A stretch of DNA of 40,000 nucleotides from Undibacterium arcticum (GCF_042660705.1 NZ_JBHSUQ010000001.1); one strand, 5' to 3'. Counted from the stretch's first letter, positions 26,472 through 36,487 are shown. Translations and numbers: made by a program. Notes: generated by a model not told the origin, from the letters alone.

Positions 26472-27197
26472 TCAGAAGACATTCTTCGTAAGCCACTCGG
26501 CTCCTTGGATGAACTCTTCAACTTGCTCCTTGGTCGGTTCGGCGTCCTTCTTGTGCGAACATAGATTACGAAGGTCGGCAAGGAACGATATCTTACGCCA
26601 CGCGGGTATGTCGATAACCGAAGCAGATTTGAGAGGGTCATTCAAGTCCGCATTGGTCGGGTTCTTCTTACCAACAGTGACGCCATGACTTGATGCTACT
26701 TTCTGTAGGTGTCCCTCGATTACAACGCCCATGAGCGCTCCCGCGGCCCGAAGTCTCACCTTAGCCAATTGCCGCGCTATCACGATCTCGCTGTCCTGCA
26801 ACTCGGCGTACAGCTCGCCTTCAATGTTTGCCACAACGGAATCAATTCGCTCAGCGATTGCCTTAAACAGCGTGAGTTGATTAAAGAAGCACCTCAACGC
26901 TTGGTTTCTGCTGTCGAAATTTGGGTAACCTGATGGTATGACGTTTTTGAAAAAGTCCTGAATAACGTACGAGCCGTACCCGAGAGATTTACGTTTCGGA
27001 TCGATCTCATAGTAATTTCTGAACTCGGCGTATCGATCAGGCGCAAGCGTTGCAACGGCTTTTAATGCCTTCGTATACCAACGTTGGTAGTCGTATTGAA
27101 ACTGTTTATCCTGGTTATTCTGGAAGGCTTCACCTAGCACCGCGCCCTCTGCGTAAATGGCATCGATTTCTTTGCGGATTAGAGCTCGCTTCGACAT
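26472..27197 (-). CDS. HEPN-domain-like protein (putative RNase/abortive-infection type)
   Basis: Canonical Rx4H motif with the conserved Asn near the C-terminus (FLADLRNLCSHKKDAEPTKEQVEEFI). The rest is predicted all-helical by eye. Low G+C. Confidence 0.5.
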   Translation of the reverse strand: MSKRALIRKEIDAIYAEGAVLGEAFQNNQDKQFQYDYQRWYTKALKAVATLAPDRYAEFRNYYEIDPKRKSLGYGSYVIQDFFKNVIPSGYPNFDSRNQALRCFFNQLTLFKAIAERIDSVVANIEGELYAELQDSEIVIARQLAKVRLRAAGALMGVVIEGHLQKVASSHGVTVGKKNPTNADLNDPLKSASVIDIPAWRKISFLADLRNLCSHKKDAEPTKEQVEEFIQGAEWLTKNVF

Positions 27198-27333
27198 ATA
27201 TCCTCTAACGAATAGCGTTTATCCGCCGCCCCGGAAACGCGAAAATAAAATCCGCGAAATACCGGCGGCGGACACCCGACAGAGCGAAGCGAGGAAGCTC
27301 ATCGTCCGTTTACAACGCGTGGAGCCGACACCT

Positions 27334-27830
27334 TCAATCTCGACCTTTGCCGGCAACATTGTTTTCTACGACAGGGGTCATTTTTCCAACTTCCCCACGC
27401 ATGTCCACGCCGGTTAAACTAACGAAGAGGTTCCCTAAGAATGAAAGAACAAATTCCTGCGGCGTTGCCTCAGCATTCAATATGACTGAATGAATATTTG
27501 CTGACGCCGCCACTTTCTGAGCACCCTCTTGCAATCCCAAGGGGGAAACCATGAACCCTCCCGCAGCACCTGTATCCTGAATGCGAAATGCGAGCGCACC
27601 AACGGCTTCTTGCTTGATTCTTGAAGTCGTATAACGCCGACACTCGACTATCACAAATGCCTCCGACCCGCTCTGGATGCCCTTCGCATCCAACTCCCAT
27701 TCTGCCCCTGAGAGACCGGGAATAGATTGTTTCGCTTCAACTGCCGAAAGGCCAAGTGCCCCCTAAGACGGCCAAGGATTTCAGCGGCGACCTCTTCATA
27801 CGTTTGCCACTTCTTTGGTGAATCTGCCAT
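27334..27830 (-). pseudogene. Mrr-cat / PD-(D/E)xK restriction-endonuclease-like protein, frameshifted in a C5 run as assembled
   Basis: GGAGG RBS before ATG 27830 (MADSPKKWQTYEEVAAEILGRLRG). Joins at C5 27769-27773 to ...AEWELDAKG...AFVIVECRRYTTSRIKQEAVGALAFRIQDTGAAGGFMVSPLGLQEGAQKVA..., the D...ExK-like core and layout of Mrr-type nucleases. Confidence 0.6.
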
Positions 27831-27920
27831 CGTCTGCCTCCGATTCTGTCGGCCAACTTTGTTACAGTGTCCAACGATCGCCAAATGGTACCTGAACTGG
27901 TGACTAACTCCACCAGATAA

Positions 27921-27947
27921 CAAAAAGGCCAATCCGAAGATTGGCCT
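27921..27947 (-). terminator. Rho-independent terminator of tRNA-Pro
   Basis: On the minus strand, AGGCCAATC-TTCG-GATTGGCCT (27926-27947) is followed by TTTTTG, about 17 nt after the tRNA 3' end. Confidence 0.8.
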
Positions 27948-27963
27948 AAGTGTTTGATTTAAT

Positions 27964-28040
27964 TGGTCGGGACGGTGTGATTCGAACACACGACCCCTTG
28001 CACCCCATGCAAGTACGCTACCAGGCTGCGCTACGCCCCG
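27964..28040 (-). tRNA. tRNA-Pro (anticodon GGG)
   Basis: The reverse complement reads CGGGGCGTAGCGCAGCCTGGTAGCGTACTTGCATGGGGTGCAAGGGGTCGTGTGTTCGAATCACACCGTCCCGACCA. It has a 7-bp acceptor stem, D and T arms (GTTCGAATC), anticodon loop AT-GGG-GT, and an encoded CCA. Confidence 0.95.
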
Positions 28041-28323
28041 ACGAGCTAATAATTATAGCAGTAGCGACCGTCGATTTGGGCGGTAAACTTGTGCTGAATG
28101 GCAATTTTTCTCCAGTGCCAAGCTAAAGTCGCCTGCGTGTTACACCTGAATTATCCGGTGCTTTGCTAAAGGGCATAAAACCGGGAAAATGGCGCGATCG
28201 GTTTGCCGGGCGGTCGGACTGCATGTAGCCGGGCTCACGGCGCGGCGGCCGCACGGGCAATTTCTAAGATTCCACTCCACTTCACCAACGGCAGCGCCTG
28301 CCGCGCACTGCGAGAAAATTTTC

Positions 28324-29448
28324 ATGACAATTAAAATCAGCCAAAACTTTGATGCCGGTGCCATCGAGATCCAGTGTGCCGAGAGTGCCAGCAATATTGA
28401 ATTGAATCTGCGCAAGGATTCGCATGCCGATATCGCACAGTGGTTTTATTTCCGCCTCCAGGGTGCTCGCGGACAAGCCTGCACGATGCGTTTTCTGAAC
28501 GCGGCGCAGGCGACTTATCCGAAGGGGTGGGTCACGTATCAGGCGGCCGCCAGTTACGACCGCGAGAACTGGTTCCGCGTGCCGACCGCCTTCGATGGCA
28601 AAGTGATGACCATCACCCATACGCCCGAGCGCGACAGCGTGTATTACGCCTACTTCGAGCCGTACTCGTGGGAGCGCCATCTGCGCCTGCTGGCGCGGGC
28701 CGAGGAATCACCTCTGGCGCGGGTGCAGGACCTGGGCAGCACGGTCGATGGGCGTGATATGAATGTGGTGGTGGTGGGCGACCCGGCCGCGAACAAGAAA
28801 ATCTGGGTCATCGCGCGCCAGCATCCGGGCGAGACCATGGCCGAATGGTATGTCGAAGGCATGCTTGAGGCGTTGCTGGACCGCGCCAATCCGGTCGCGC
28901 GCCGGCTGCTGGAGCAGGCGGTGTTCTATATCGTGCCGAACATGAATCCGGATGGCTCGGTGCGCGGCAATCTGCGCACCAACGCAGCTGGCGCCAACCT
29001 GAATCGCGAGTGGATGGCGCCGAGCCTGGCGACCAGCCCTGAGGTGTTCGTGGTCAAGCACAAGATGCATGAAACTGGTTGCGACCTGTTTCTCGACATC
29101 CACGGCGACGAGGCCTTGCCGTATGTGTTTGTGGCCGGCAGTGAGATGCTGGCAGGCTTCAGCGCACAACAGGCGGCCGCGCAGCAGGGGTTTATTGATG
29201 ATTACAAGCAGGCCAATCCGGACTTCCAGGACAAGGTTGGCTATGCGGCCAGCAAGTACAACGAGGACTTGCTGAAACTGGCATCAAAATATGTCGGCCA
29301 CACCTTCCAGTGCGTGTCGTTGACGCTGGAAATGCCGTTCAAGGACAACGTCAACCTGCCCGATGCGCAGGTCGGCTGGGACGGCGCTCGCAGTGCGGTG
29401 CTGGGTGCGGCGGTGTTGCAGCCGATCTTGCGCGCGATCGGGAAATAA
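28324..29448 (+). CDS. M14-family zinc carboxypeptidase-like protein
   Basis: HPGETMAEW (HxxE zinc site), NMNPDG, NLNREW, DIHGDE. Start taken at MTIKISQNF (ATG 28324); the ORF track's longer N-terminus is Arg/Ala-rich. Confidence 0.8.
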   Translation: MTIKISQNFDAGAIEIQCAESASNIELNLRKDSHADIAQWFYFRLQGARGQACTMRFLNAAQATYPKGWVTYQAAASYDRENWFRVPTAFDGKVMTITHTPERDSVYYAYFEPYSWERHLRLLARAEESPLARVQDLGSTVDGRDMNVVVVGDPAANKKIWVIARQHPGETMAEWYVEGMLEALLDRANPVARRLLEQAVFYIVPNMNPDGSVRGNLRTNAAGANLNREWMAPSLATSPEVFVVKHKMHETGCDLFLDIHGDEALPYVFVAGSEMLAGFSAQQAAAQQGFIDDYKQANPDFQDKVGYAASKYNEDLLKLASKYVGHTFQCVSLTLEMPFKDNVNLPDAQVGWDGARSAVLGAAVLQPILRAIGK

Positions 29449-29463
29449 GCTGGAGGAGGGCGG

Positions 29464-29928
29464 ATGGGTGTCGAGATCGAGCGCAAATTTCTGCTGCGCG
29501 GTGACGGGTGGCGGGGGCTGGGGCAGCGTGTGTTGCTGCGCCAGGGCTATCTGTCATCCGATCCGGCGCGCGTGGTGCGGGTCAGGATCGAGGGCGAGTC
29601 GGCCATGTTGACGATCAAGGGCAGAAATACCGGCGCCAGCCGCGGCGAATGGGAATATCCGATTCCGCTGGCTGATGCCCAGGTTTTTCTGGACACGCTG
29701 TGTCAGCAGCCGATCATTGAAAAGTACCGGAGTCGCATCGCGCATGCTGGCATGGTCTGGGAGGTCGATGAATTTCTGGGGGCGAATGCCGGTCTGGTGC
29801 TGGCAGAGATCGAATTGACGGCGGAGGATCAGCCGTTTGCGCGGCCGGACTGGGTCGGTGACGAAGTGACGGACGACCCGCGTTATTACAACGCGAATCT
29901 GATCGCGCGCCCGTTTTCGGTGTGGTGA
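29464..29928 (+). CDS. CYTH-domain protein (triphosphate tunnel metalloenzyme)
   Basis: N-terminal EIERKFLL signature, 154 aa, GGAGGAGGG RBS. Confidence 0.85.
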   Translation: MGVEIERKFLLRGDGWRGLGQRVLLRQGYLSSDPARVVRVRIEGESAMLTIKGRNTGASRGEWEYPIPLADAQVFLDTLCQQPIIEKYRSRIAHAGMVWEVDEFLGANAGLVLAEIELTAEDQPFARPDWVGDEVTDDPRYYNANLIARPFSVW

Positions 29929-30104
29929 TCGCAGGTTTGATCGGGCTGTCCCGATTGCTGGCTTGATTGTGGGGTGACAGCGTTGCGCGCTGCGGCTCAC
30001 TTACTCTTGGTGCGCAATACGCCACTGGGCCCCAGCGTTCGCTGGGGCGACGCTATTACCGGTGGTAGGTAGCACGATCCACGATTGCACCGCGCCGCAT
30101 ACAA

Positions 30105-31490
30105 TCAATGGAAATGCTGCGTGCCCGGGGGCGCATCTTCCGGCATCTCCGGGTGCACAAGTTCGCCGTCGGCATCTGCGAATAGCGGAGCGCCGCAGTC
30201 ATCGCAGAACTCCATCGGGAAGCGTTCCTGATGGTTCTTGATATGCACGACACCGGCCTCGTGTAACAACCCGAGGATTTCTTCGATCGGTGTGGCGGGT
30301 ATTGCGGTCGTGGCGGCGCCGGGCGTTGCAGCGCCGACGGTTGCCATCGCGCGCAATTCTTCCTCGGCATCTTCCTGCCCATACAGCGGCCAAACGATGC
30401 CATACGCGACTGTATCGCTTTGGCGCAAAGTGAAGCCGATCCGGTATTCCTCGATCCCCTCCTGCGTTGCCGGATCGCCGAAACCACCGATGATGGCGCG
30501 CAAATCGACCGGCGCAACGCTCAGGGTATGGGTCAGGAAATGCACTGCTGCGCGAATGGACGCCGGGCGGATCTGCTTGTCGGCCTCGCGACAGGCGACG
30601 TAGTAGGCCTCCGGCAACAACAGTTCGACACCGCAACCGGGCAGTAACTTTGCCAGATTGGGTGTGGCCTGGTCGCGCCATTGCTGCAGTGCGTGATCGC
30701 GCTCGGTGTTGGCATCGAGCGGATTGGTGACGCCCTGCCAACGGAACAACGGCGTGCCGGCGGGCGCGGCGATCACTGCCAGCAGATAGCGGGTATCGGC
30801 CAGGAAGGGGACGGTTTGTGCCGGATGGGCGCTGGCGCGCACTACTCCGTCTTTCAGTGCCGTCTGTGCCATCCGCTGTGTCAGCACAAAGGCTTCGGCA
30901 TGGTTGTGCGGCAGCTGGTCGATCGAAAACAGGTGCGGCGCCATCGCCAGTCGGGTCCCGGGCGCCAGCAGATGCGCCGACAAATGGGCCGACAATGTGT
31001 GCAACATGTCGGTCGGGATGGCGCCCGACGCGATCGAAAAGCGGGTCCATGCCAGCACCGGTGCGGCGATCAGCAGCGCGTCATAGGCCGCGCCGTCGTG
31101 TTCGATGCTGCAGGATTCACTGACGGCTTCGGCCGATTCCATCAACGCATCGTAGGCGTCCAGATCGGTCGCGAACAGATGGTCCAGCGTATGGTCGATC
31201 GCATCCTGATGATTAGCCTTCAGCAGCTTGTGCACGGCGGCGTCGAGGCTGCGCTCCCAGTTGCGTTCTTCCAGGCGGCTGGCGGCCTGGATCGTGGCCT
31301 GTGCGAGTGCAGCCAGACGCTGGCTATCGGCAGAAAGTTTTGGAGAAGCAGTTTGGATGGACGACGCATGGTGGGGAAATGGTGGCAGGGGATGGCTATT
31401 GTAGTGGATTTGCAAACGGGAGCGGTGATTGGGTGCCGCTGGCAATGTCGCACGGTCGCCAATTCGGCGCCTGGTGATGCGTGGCTGCAC
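30105..31490 (-). CDS. DUF2863-family protein; the true start is probably ATG 31369 with a frameshift at T4 31338-31341
   Basis: Long conserved-looking ORF ending ...CDDCGAPLF...HPEMPEDAPPGTQHFH. The first 40 residues of the listed ORF are Arg-rich junk. The out-of-frame ATG at 31369 gives MRRPSKLLLQ, which joins to KLSADSQRLAALAQ... if the run is one base longer. Confidence 0.65.
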   Translation of the reverse strand: MQPRITRRRIGDRATLPAAPNHRSRLQIHYNSHPLPPFPHHASSIQTASPKLSADSQRLAALAQATIQAASRLEERNWERSLDAAVHKLLKANHQDAIDHTLDHLFATDLDAYDALMESAEAVSESCSIEHDGAAYDALLIAAPVLAWTRFSIASGAIPTDMLHTLSAHLSAHLLAPGTRLAMAPHLFSIDQLPHNHAEAFVLTQRMAQTALKDGVVRASAHPAQTVPFLADTRYLLAVIAAPAGTPLFRWQGVTNPLDANTERDHALQQWRDQATPNLAKLLPGCGVELLLPEAYYVACREADKQIRPASIRAAVHFLTHTLSVAPVDLRAIIGGFGDPATQEGIEEYRIGFTLRQSDTVAYGIVWPLYGQEDAEEELRAMATVGAATPGAATTAIPATPIEEILGLLHEAGVVHIKNHQERFPMEFCDDCGAPLFADADGELVHPEMPEDAPPGTQHFH

Positions 31491-31667
31491 CTCGGAACAC
31501 GATATTATTAGGGAGTATGTTAGGAAAATGCGCCAATCCCCTTGATTTTATTGCGAAGTTAAAAATACAGGGTATAGTATATTACGTTGTTGTATCGTGT
31601 ACTGTCTTGCACTATGCAGGTTCGCGGTGGTCTGGAAACGGCTATGCCAAGCTTGGCGGTACCCCGG

Positions 31668-31967
31668 CTAGTGCGGGGCGGGCTGCGCATCACGGCCGCG
31701 TCGAGAACCGATGATCGTGCCGGTGGTGCTCATCCGGATCGGCGCCGGCTTGCTACCGGGCTCAGTCGCCAACTGCGTGGTCGCGCTATCTGGCACCGGT
31801 GCATTCGGCAGTACGCCAGACCTCGCTGCACCGGCCTCAGCGGGATTGCCGGCCGCGTGGGTGTCGGCCGGGCTGGCTAGCTCGTCGCCGCGTTCATCGG
31901 TACCCAGCATGAAGTACAGCCATCCGGCCAGCGCCAGCAGCGCGACCACGACCATCGACGTGCGCAT
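31668..31967 (-). CDS. possible small membrane-anchored protein (99 aa)
   Basis: N-terminal TM helix (MVVVALLALAGWLYFML) and a GGGAG-like RBS. However, it starts only about 18 nt after the acnA terminator and the rest is low-complexity. Confidence 0.3.
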   Translation of the reverse strand: MRTSMVVVALLALAGWLYFMLGTDERGDELASPADTHAAGNPAEAGAARSGVLPNAPVPDSATTQLATEPGSKPAPIRMSTTGTIIGSRRGRDAQPAPH

Positions 31968-31984
31968 GTTGTTGCTCCCCCCGG

Positions 31985-32009
31985 AAAAAAACGCCGGACG
32001 AATCCGGCG
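31985..32009 (-). terminator. Rho-independent terminator downstream of acnA (potentially bidirectional)
   Basis: CGCCGGA-CGAA-TCCGGCG stem-loop (31992-32009). An A7 run on the plus strand (31985-31991) reads as T7 on the minus strand after the hairpin. A CTTTTGTTT tract lies on the other side. Confidence 0.75.
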
Positions 32010-32124
32010 CTTTTGTTTCGATTGCCCTTGCGATTGCCCTTCTCAGTAGACCGCCCACCGTCGCGTTGGTTCGCCAGGTGGACGAACCAGGCCACGGCGG
32101 CAGATCACCCGAGCAGCGCGATCA

Positions 32125-34842
32125 TCAGGCGGCGAGCAGCTGACGCAGCACGAACGGCAGAATCCCGCCGTGCTTGTAGTAGTCGACTTCGATCGGGGTA
32201 TCGATGCGCAGCTTGAGCTTGACTTCCTGACTTTGGCCGTTGCTGCGATGAATCACCAGCGTGACGTCCTGCTGCGGCTTGATGTCACCCTCGATGCCTT
32301 TCAGGTCGAAGGTTTCATCACCCTTGATGCCAAGCGTCTCGACGCTGTCGTCGCCAAGAAATTGCAGCGGCAACACGCCCATGCCGACCAGATTGGAGCG
32401 GTGGATGCGTTCGAACGAACGGGTGATCACCGCCTTGACGCCCAGCAACTGGGTACCCTTGGCGGCCCAGTCGCGCGACGAGCCGGTACCGTACTCTTCG
32501 CCGCCGAATACCATGGTCGGCACGCCATCGTTGACGTAGCGCATCGCGGCGTCATAGATCGACATTTCTTCGCCGGACGGCTGGTGGATCGTGATGCCGC
32601 CTTCGACGCTGGAGCCGTCGGCCGTCAGCGGGATCATGCGGTTCTTGATACGCACGTTGGCAAAGGTGCCGCGCATCATGATCTCGTGATTGCCGCGGCG
32701 CGAGCCGTAGGAGTTGAAGTCGGCCTTCAGCACGCCGTTTTCAGTCAGCCATTTACCGGCCGGGCTGGATTCCTTGATCGAACCGGCCGGCGAGATGTGG
32801 TCGGTGGTGATCGAATCGCCGAACACGCCCAGTGCGCGCGCAGCGACGATACCGGTGGCGGGTGGTTTCGGCTGCATCGTGAAGCCGTCAAAGAATGGCG
32901 GCTCGGCGATGTAGGTCGACGCTGGCCAGTTGTAGACCTGGCCCGAGACGCTGGTCACCTTTTCCCACAGCTTGCCCGGATCGCCTTTGACGTCCGCGTA
33001 GTTATCCTTGAAGGTCTTGGCATTCAACGCATGCTTCATCAGCTTGCCGATTTCCTTGCTGGTCGGCCAGATGTCGCCGAGGAAAATGTCCTTGCCCTTG
33101 ACGCGGCCCACCGGCTCGGTCATCAGATCCTTGGTCATGTTGCCGGCGATCGCATAGGCGACCACCAGCGGTGGCGATGCCAGGAAGTTGGAGCGGATGT
33201 TCGGATGGATACGCGCTTCGAAGTTGCGATTGCCCGACAGCACGGCCGAGGCCACGATGTCGTTCTTGGTGATCGCTTCATTCATCGCCGGCGTCAGGTC
33301 GCCGGCATTGCCGATACAGGTGGTGCAGCCGTAGGCGGTGACGCCGAAGCCGAGTTTCTCGAGGTAGGGCAGGAGACCCGCTGCTTCGAGGTACTCGGTC
33401 ACGACGCGCGATCCCGGCGCCAGCGAGGTCTTGATGTGCGGCGATACCTTGAGACCGGCTTCGACCGCTTTCTTGGCCAGCAGGCCGGCGGCCAGCATCA
33501 CACTCGGGTTGGAGGTGTTGGTGCAGGAGGTGATCGCGGCGATCAGGACGTCGCCGTTCCTGACCGAGACGCCATCGGCATTTTGGTAGACCGCATCGAG
33601 ATCTTCCGGCTTTTTGTTGAAGCCGTTTTCCGAGGTCGGCTTGGCGAACAGCTCGGCGAAATTGGCCTTGACGTGACCGATTTCAATCCGGTCCTGCGGA
33701 CGCTTCGGACCGGCCAGCGACGGTGCGACGCTGCCAAGGTCGAGTGCCACCACCTTGGTGTAATCGATGTCGCCCGATTTCGGGATGCCGAACAGCTTTT
33801 GCGCCTTGAAATAGGTTTCGAAGGCGGTGATTTCGGCCTTGCTGCGGCCGGTGCCCTTGAGGTAGTCGATGGTGGCTTCATCGACCGGGAAAAAGCCCAT
33901 GGTGGCGCCGTATTCCGGTGCCATGTTGGCGATCGTGGCGCGGTCGGTCAGCGACAACGATTCGGTGCCTTCACCGAAGAATTCAACGAACTTGCCGACT
34001 ACTTTTTCCTTGCGCAGCATTTCGGTGATCGTCAATACCAGATCGGTCGCGGTCACGCCTTCGCGCAACGCCCCGGTCAGGTTGACGCCGACCACGTCCG
34101 GTGTCAGGAAGTAGACCGGCTGACCCAGCATGCCGGCTTCGGCTTCGATGCCGCCGACGCCCCAGCCGACCACGCCGATACCGTTGATCATGGTGGTGTG
34201 CGAGTCGGTACCGACCAGCGTGTCAGGGTAGTAGATGTCGCCTTTCTTGGAGGCAGCCTTGTGCACGCCGCGCGCCAGGTATTCCAGATTGACCTGGTGC
34301 ACGATGCCGAAGCCCGGCGGCACGACGCCGAAGGTGTCAAACGCCTGCATGCCCCATTTCATGAACTGGTAGCGCTCGTTATTGCGCGAAAATTCCAGTT
34401 TCATGTTCAGGTCGAGCGCTTTTTTCTCGCGGAAATGGTCGATCTGGATCGAGTGGTCAACCACCAGATCGACCGGCACCAGCGGCTCGATATTTTTCGG
34501 GTTCTTACCCATTTTGGACGCAACATTGCGCATCGCCGCCAGATCCGCCAGCAGCGGCACCCCGGTGAAGTCCTGCAATACCACGCGCGCCACCACGAAC
34601 GGGATTTCATCGACGCGATCGGCGCACGGGCTCCAGTTCGCGAGCTGCCTGACATGCTCTTCGGTGACTTTCTTGCCGTCGCAATTGCGCAGTACCGATT
34701 CGAGCACGATACGGATCGACACCGGCAGGCGCGAGACGTTGACGCCTAGCGTTTTTTCCAGCGCGGGCAGCGAGTAGAACTTGCCCTTCCTGGTATCTGA
34801 AAGCTTGAAGTCCTTCAGTGTGTTCAATGTGTTGCGGGACAT
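32125..34842 (-). CDS. acnA: aconitate hydratase A
   Basis: 905 aa. Full-length match to the AcnA/IRP pattern (…[26 protein letters not shown]…, [16 protein letters not shown], …SRDWAAKG…). Confidence 0.95.
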   Translation of the reverse strand: MSRNTLNTLKDFKLSDTRKGKFYSLPALEKTLGVNVSRLPVSIRIVLESVLRNCDGKKVTEEHVRQLANWSPCADRVDEIPFVVARVVLQDFTGVPLLADLAAMRNVASKMGKNPKNIEPLVPVDLVVDHSIQIDHFREKKALDLNMKLEFSRNNERYQFMKWGMQAFDTFGVVPPGFGIVHQVNLEYLARGVHKAASKKGDIYYPDTLVGTDSHTTMINGIGVVGWGVGGIEAEAGMLGQPVYFLTPDVVGVNLTGALREGVTATDLVLTITEMLRKEKVVGKFVEFFGEGTESLSLTDRATIANMAPEYGATMGFFPVDEATIDYLKGTGRSKAEITAFETYFKAQKLFGIPKSGDIDYTKVVALDLGSVAPSLAGPKRPQDRIEIGHVKANFAELFAKPTSENGFNKKPEDLDAVYQNADGVSVRNGDVLIAAITSCTNTSNPSVMLAAGLLAKKAVEAGLKVSPHIKTSLAPGSRVVTEYLEAAGLLPYLEKLGFGVTAYGCTTCIGNAGDLTPAMNEAITKNDIVASAVLSGNRNFEARIHPNIRSNFLASPPLVVAYAIAGNMTKDLMTEPVGRVKGKDIFLGDIWPTSKEIGKLMKHALNAKTFKDNYADVKGDPGKLWEKVTSVSGQVYNWPASTYIAEPPFFDGFTMQPKPPATGIVAARALGVFGDSITTDHISPAGSIKESSPAGKWLTENGVLKADFNSYGSRRGNHEIMMRGTFANVRIKNRMIPLTADGSSVEGGITIHQPSGEEMSIYDAAMRYVNDGVPTMVFGGEEYGTGSSRDWAAKGTQLLGVKAVITRSFERIHRSNLVGMGVLPLQFLGDDSVETLGIKGDETFDLKGIEGDIKPQQDVTLVIHRSNGQSQEVKLKLRIDTPIEVDYYKHGGILPFVLRQLLAA

Positions 34843-34932
34843 GGCCTCTCCTTGGTTTTCTTGGCAGCGGATAAAAAAATTACATCAGTTCTCTTGCATG
34901 GCGGATCGGGATACCGGTAAGTCGGTAGCCGC

Positions 34933-35385
34933 TCAGGATCCTGCTTTCATCTGTTCGGCGGTCTTGCAATCGTTGGCCAGCTGGTGCCCTTGTTTCGAGT
35001 CGAGCAGCATGCCCTTGGCTGGAATGCCGATCCAGACCAGGCCGTAGTGATGATTTTCAAAACGATTGGCGCCGGTGGTGGTGCCGACGCGGGTGAGACG
35101 GTGAATACGTTTGTGCCAGCGCAGTGCGACGTGCTTGTCGTCGTCGGCATTCTGGAAAATGGTCAGGCTATTGCCCAGCTCGCAGGTGTAATCGATGGTG
35201 GTGCTGCCTTTGGTATCCGGCTCGTCTTCTTCTTCGTTCGGCTCATGCGGTGCGGCCTTGGCCGGCGTCTTGTGCGCGGCCTTCTTGGTGCTCTTGGCTT
35301 GGGCTGGTTCGGCTGCGACTGCCGGTTGCGCGCACACGGCGATGCTGGCGGCGATCAGGACAGACAGGGATAGGGATTTGAACAT
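34933..35385 (-). CDS. secreted protein, MliC-like fold suggested
   Basis: Signal peptide ...AVCAQPAVA-AEP, a Lys/Ala/Glu-rich linker, then Y-x-C ... GANRFEN...GLVWIG.PAKG ... C, reminiscent of MliC-type lysozyme inhibitors (weak, from memory). Confidence 0.6.
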   Translation of the reverse strand: MFKSLSLSVLIAASIAVCAQPAVAAEPAQAKSTKKAAHKTPAKAAPHEPNEEEDEPDTKGSTTIDYTCELGNSLTIFQNADDDKHVALRWHKRIHRLTRVGTTTGANRFENHHYGLVWIGIPAKGMLLDSKQGHQLANDCKTAEQMKAGS

Positions 35386-35450
35386 GGGATTGGTCTCCGT
35401 TGGACTATGATTGAAGGTGTTGATGTCGGTGCGCCGGACTAACGGCCGAC

Positions 35451-35488
35451 TTTGGGTAATTCAGCTTTGGGTAATTCAGCTTTGGGTG
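35451..35488. repeat. 15-bp tandem repeat (TTTGGGTAATTCAGC x2 plus a partial third copy)
   Basis: Two identical units at 35451-35465 and 35466-35480, plus TTTGGGTG. Lies in the gap between the CitE-like gene and the secreted-protein gene. Confidence 0.8.
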
Positions 35489-35520
35489 GTTCGTCATTCG
35501 ATCAGTCAGCATTGGGTCAG

Positions 35521-36483
35521 TCATAACAGGGATGCCGCCGATTCCGGCAATGCCAGGCCACTGGCCTTGGCGCGCTGCAAAACTGTCCAATAATAGCGAT
35601 AGCTGGCGCGATCATGCAAGCTGCCGTTGCGCTGGATCGGTGCCCACTGTACCGCTTGCGCCTCGGTCAGGATATGGGCGGCTTCATCGACTTCCGCACT
35701 TTGTGGCGCAAAGGCTTTGATGATCGGCTGTATTTGATCGGGATGGATGCTCCACATCCTGGTGTAACCGAACTCGGTCGCCGCCCGCAGTGCGTCGTTG
35801 GCGACCACAGCGCTGTCCCCGATGTCGGTCGTCACGTTATGCGACGGCACCTTGCCGTGCGCGTGGCAGGCGGCCGCAATCTCCAGTTTGGCGCGCGTCA
35901 CCAGTGGATGCGTGAACTGGCCGGGGCTGCGCATGGCATTGGCCGGAATCGCGCCGTAGTGGGCAGAGACAAAATCCATGATGCCGAACGACAGGCATTC
36001 GACCTGGTCCAGTGCCGCGATCGCATCCACATCGCGCAGTGCGCCATGGGTTTCGATCAGCACGTGGATCGGTAGCTTGCGACTTGCGCTGTGGCGGTTG
36101 ATGCGGTCGATCGCGTCCCTGGTTTGCGCGACGCCGTCAACTTTGGGCAGGACGACATAGGCGAGGCGGATCGCTGCCGACTGGCAGATCAGGGTGACAT
36201 CCTGTTCGAAGAATGGGCTGGCGACGTCGTGGACTCGCACGCCGATCCGGTCGAAATGGTTGTCGGGGCTGTTGATCAGCTCTGCCACCAATTGTGCGTG
36301 GCGTTGCTCGTTGCCGGCGGCGGCGCCATCTTCGCAGTCGAAGGTGATGTCGAAGACCGGGCCAAGCTTTTGTTGCAAGGCCATCGATTTACGCATCAGC
36401 TTGTCAGAGCCGGCGTAATGATCGCAGACCGGTAAACTAACCGGAAACTGCGTGCCCTGGAATAAGACCTCGGTGGGATGCAT
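35521..36483 (-). CDS. HpcH/HpaI aldolase / citrate-lyase beta (CitE)-like family protein
   Basis: 320 aa. ...DITFDCEDGAA..., VRVH, VLPKV, LIETHGAL, FGIMDF are typical of CitE-like acyl-CoA lyases. Lies between acnA and mdh. Confidence 0.75.
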   Translation of the reverse strand: MHPTEVLFQGTQFPVSLPVCDHYAGSDKLMRKSMALQQKLGPVFDITFDCEDGAAAGNEQRHAQLVAELINSPDNHFDRIGVRVHDVASPFFEQDVTLICQSAAIRLAYVVLPKVDGVAQTRDAIDRINRHSASRKLPIHVLIETHGALRDVDAIAALDQVECLSFGIMDFVSAHYGAIPANAMRSPGQFTHPLVTRAKLEIAAACHAHGKVPSHNVTTDIGDSAVVANDALRAATEFGYTRMWSIHPDQIQPIIKAFAPQSAEVDEAAHILTEAQAVQWAPIQRNGSLHDRASYRYYWTVLQRAKASGLALPESAASLL

Positions 36484-36487
36484 TGAT

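Noticed and set aside
27198-27333. Imperfect dyad TCCGCCGCC...GGCGGCGGA (about 27222-27273) between the nuclease-like and HEPN genes as a terminator or regulatory RNA
   Set aside because: The loop is long (about 30 nt), the arms are bulged, and there is no adjoining U-tract. This is not enough to call a feature.
27651-27989. 112-aa ORF whose N-terminus overlaps tRNA-Pro
   Set aside because: Only the part from ATG 27830 (with a GGAGG RBS) is credible. The upstream extension runs through the tRNA terminator and the tRNA itself.
18052-28040. Classical integrase-mediated tRNA-Pro genomic island or prophage
   Set aside because: There are no integrase, recombinase or phage structural genes. I could find no direct repeat of the tRNA 3' end, and the tRNA retains its own terminator before the foreign DNA begins.
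32170-34749. 859-aa plus-strand ORF opposite acnA
   Set aside because: This is a classic long antisense ORF in a high-G+C gene. The minus-strand product is an unmistakable full-length aconitase, while the plus-strand translation is low-complexity (R/D/G/A-rich).
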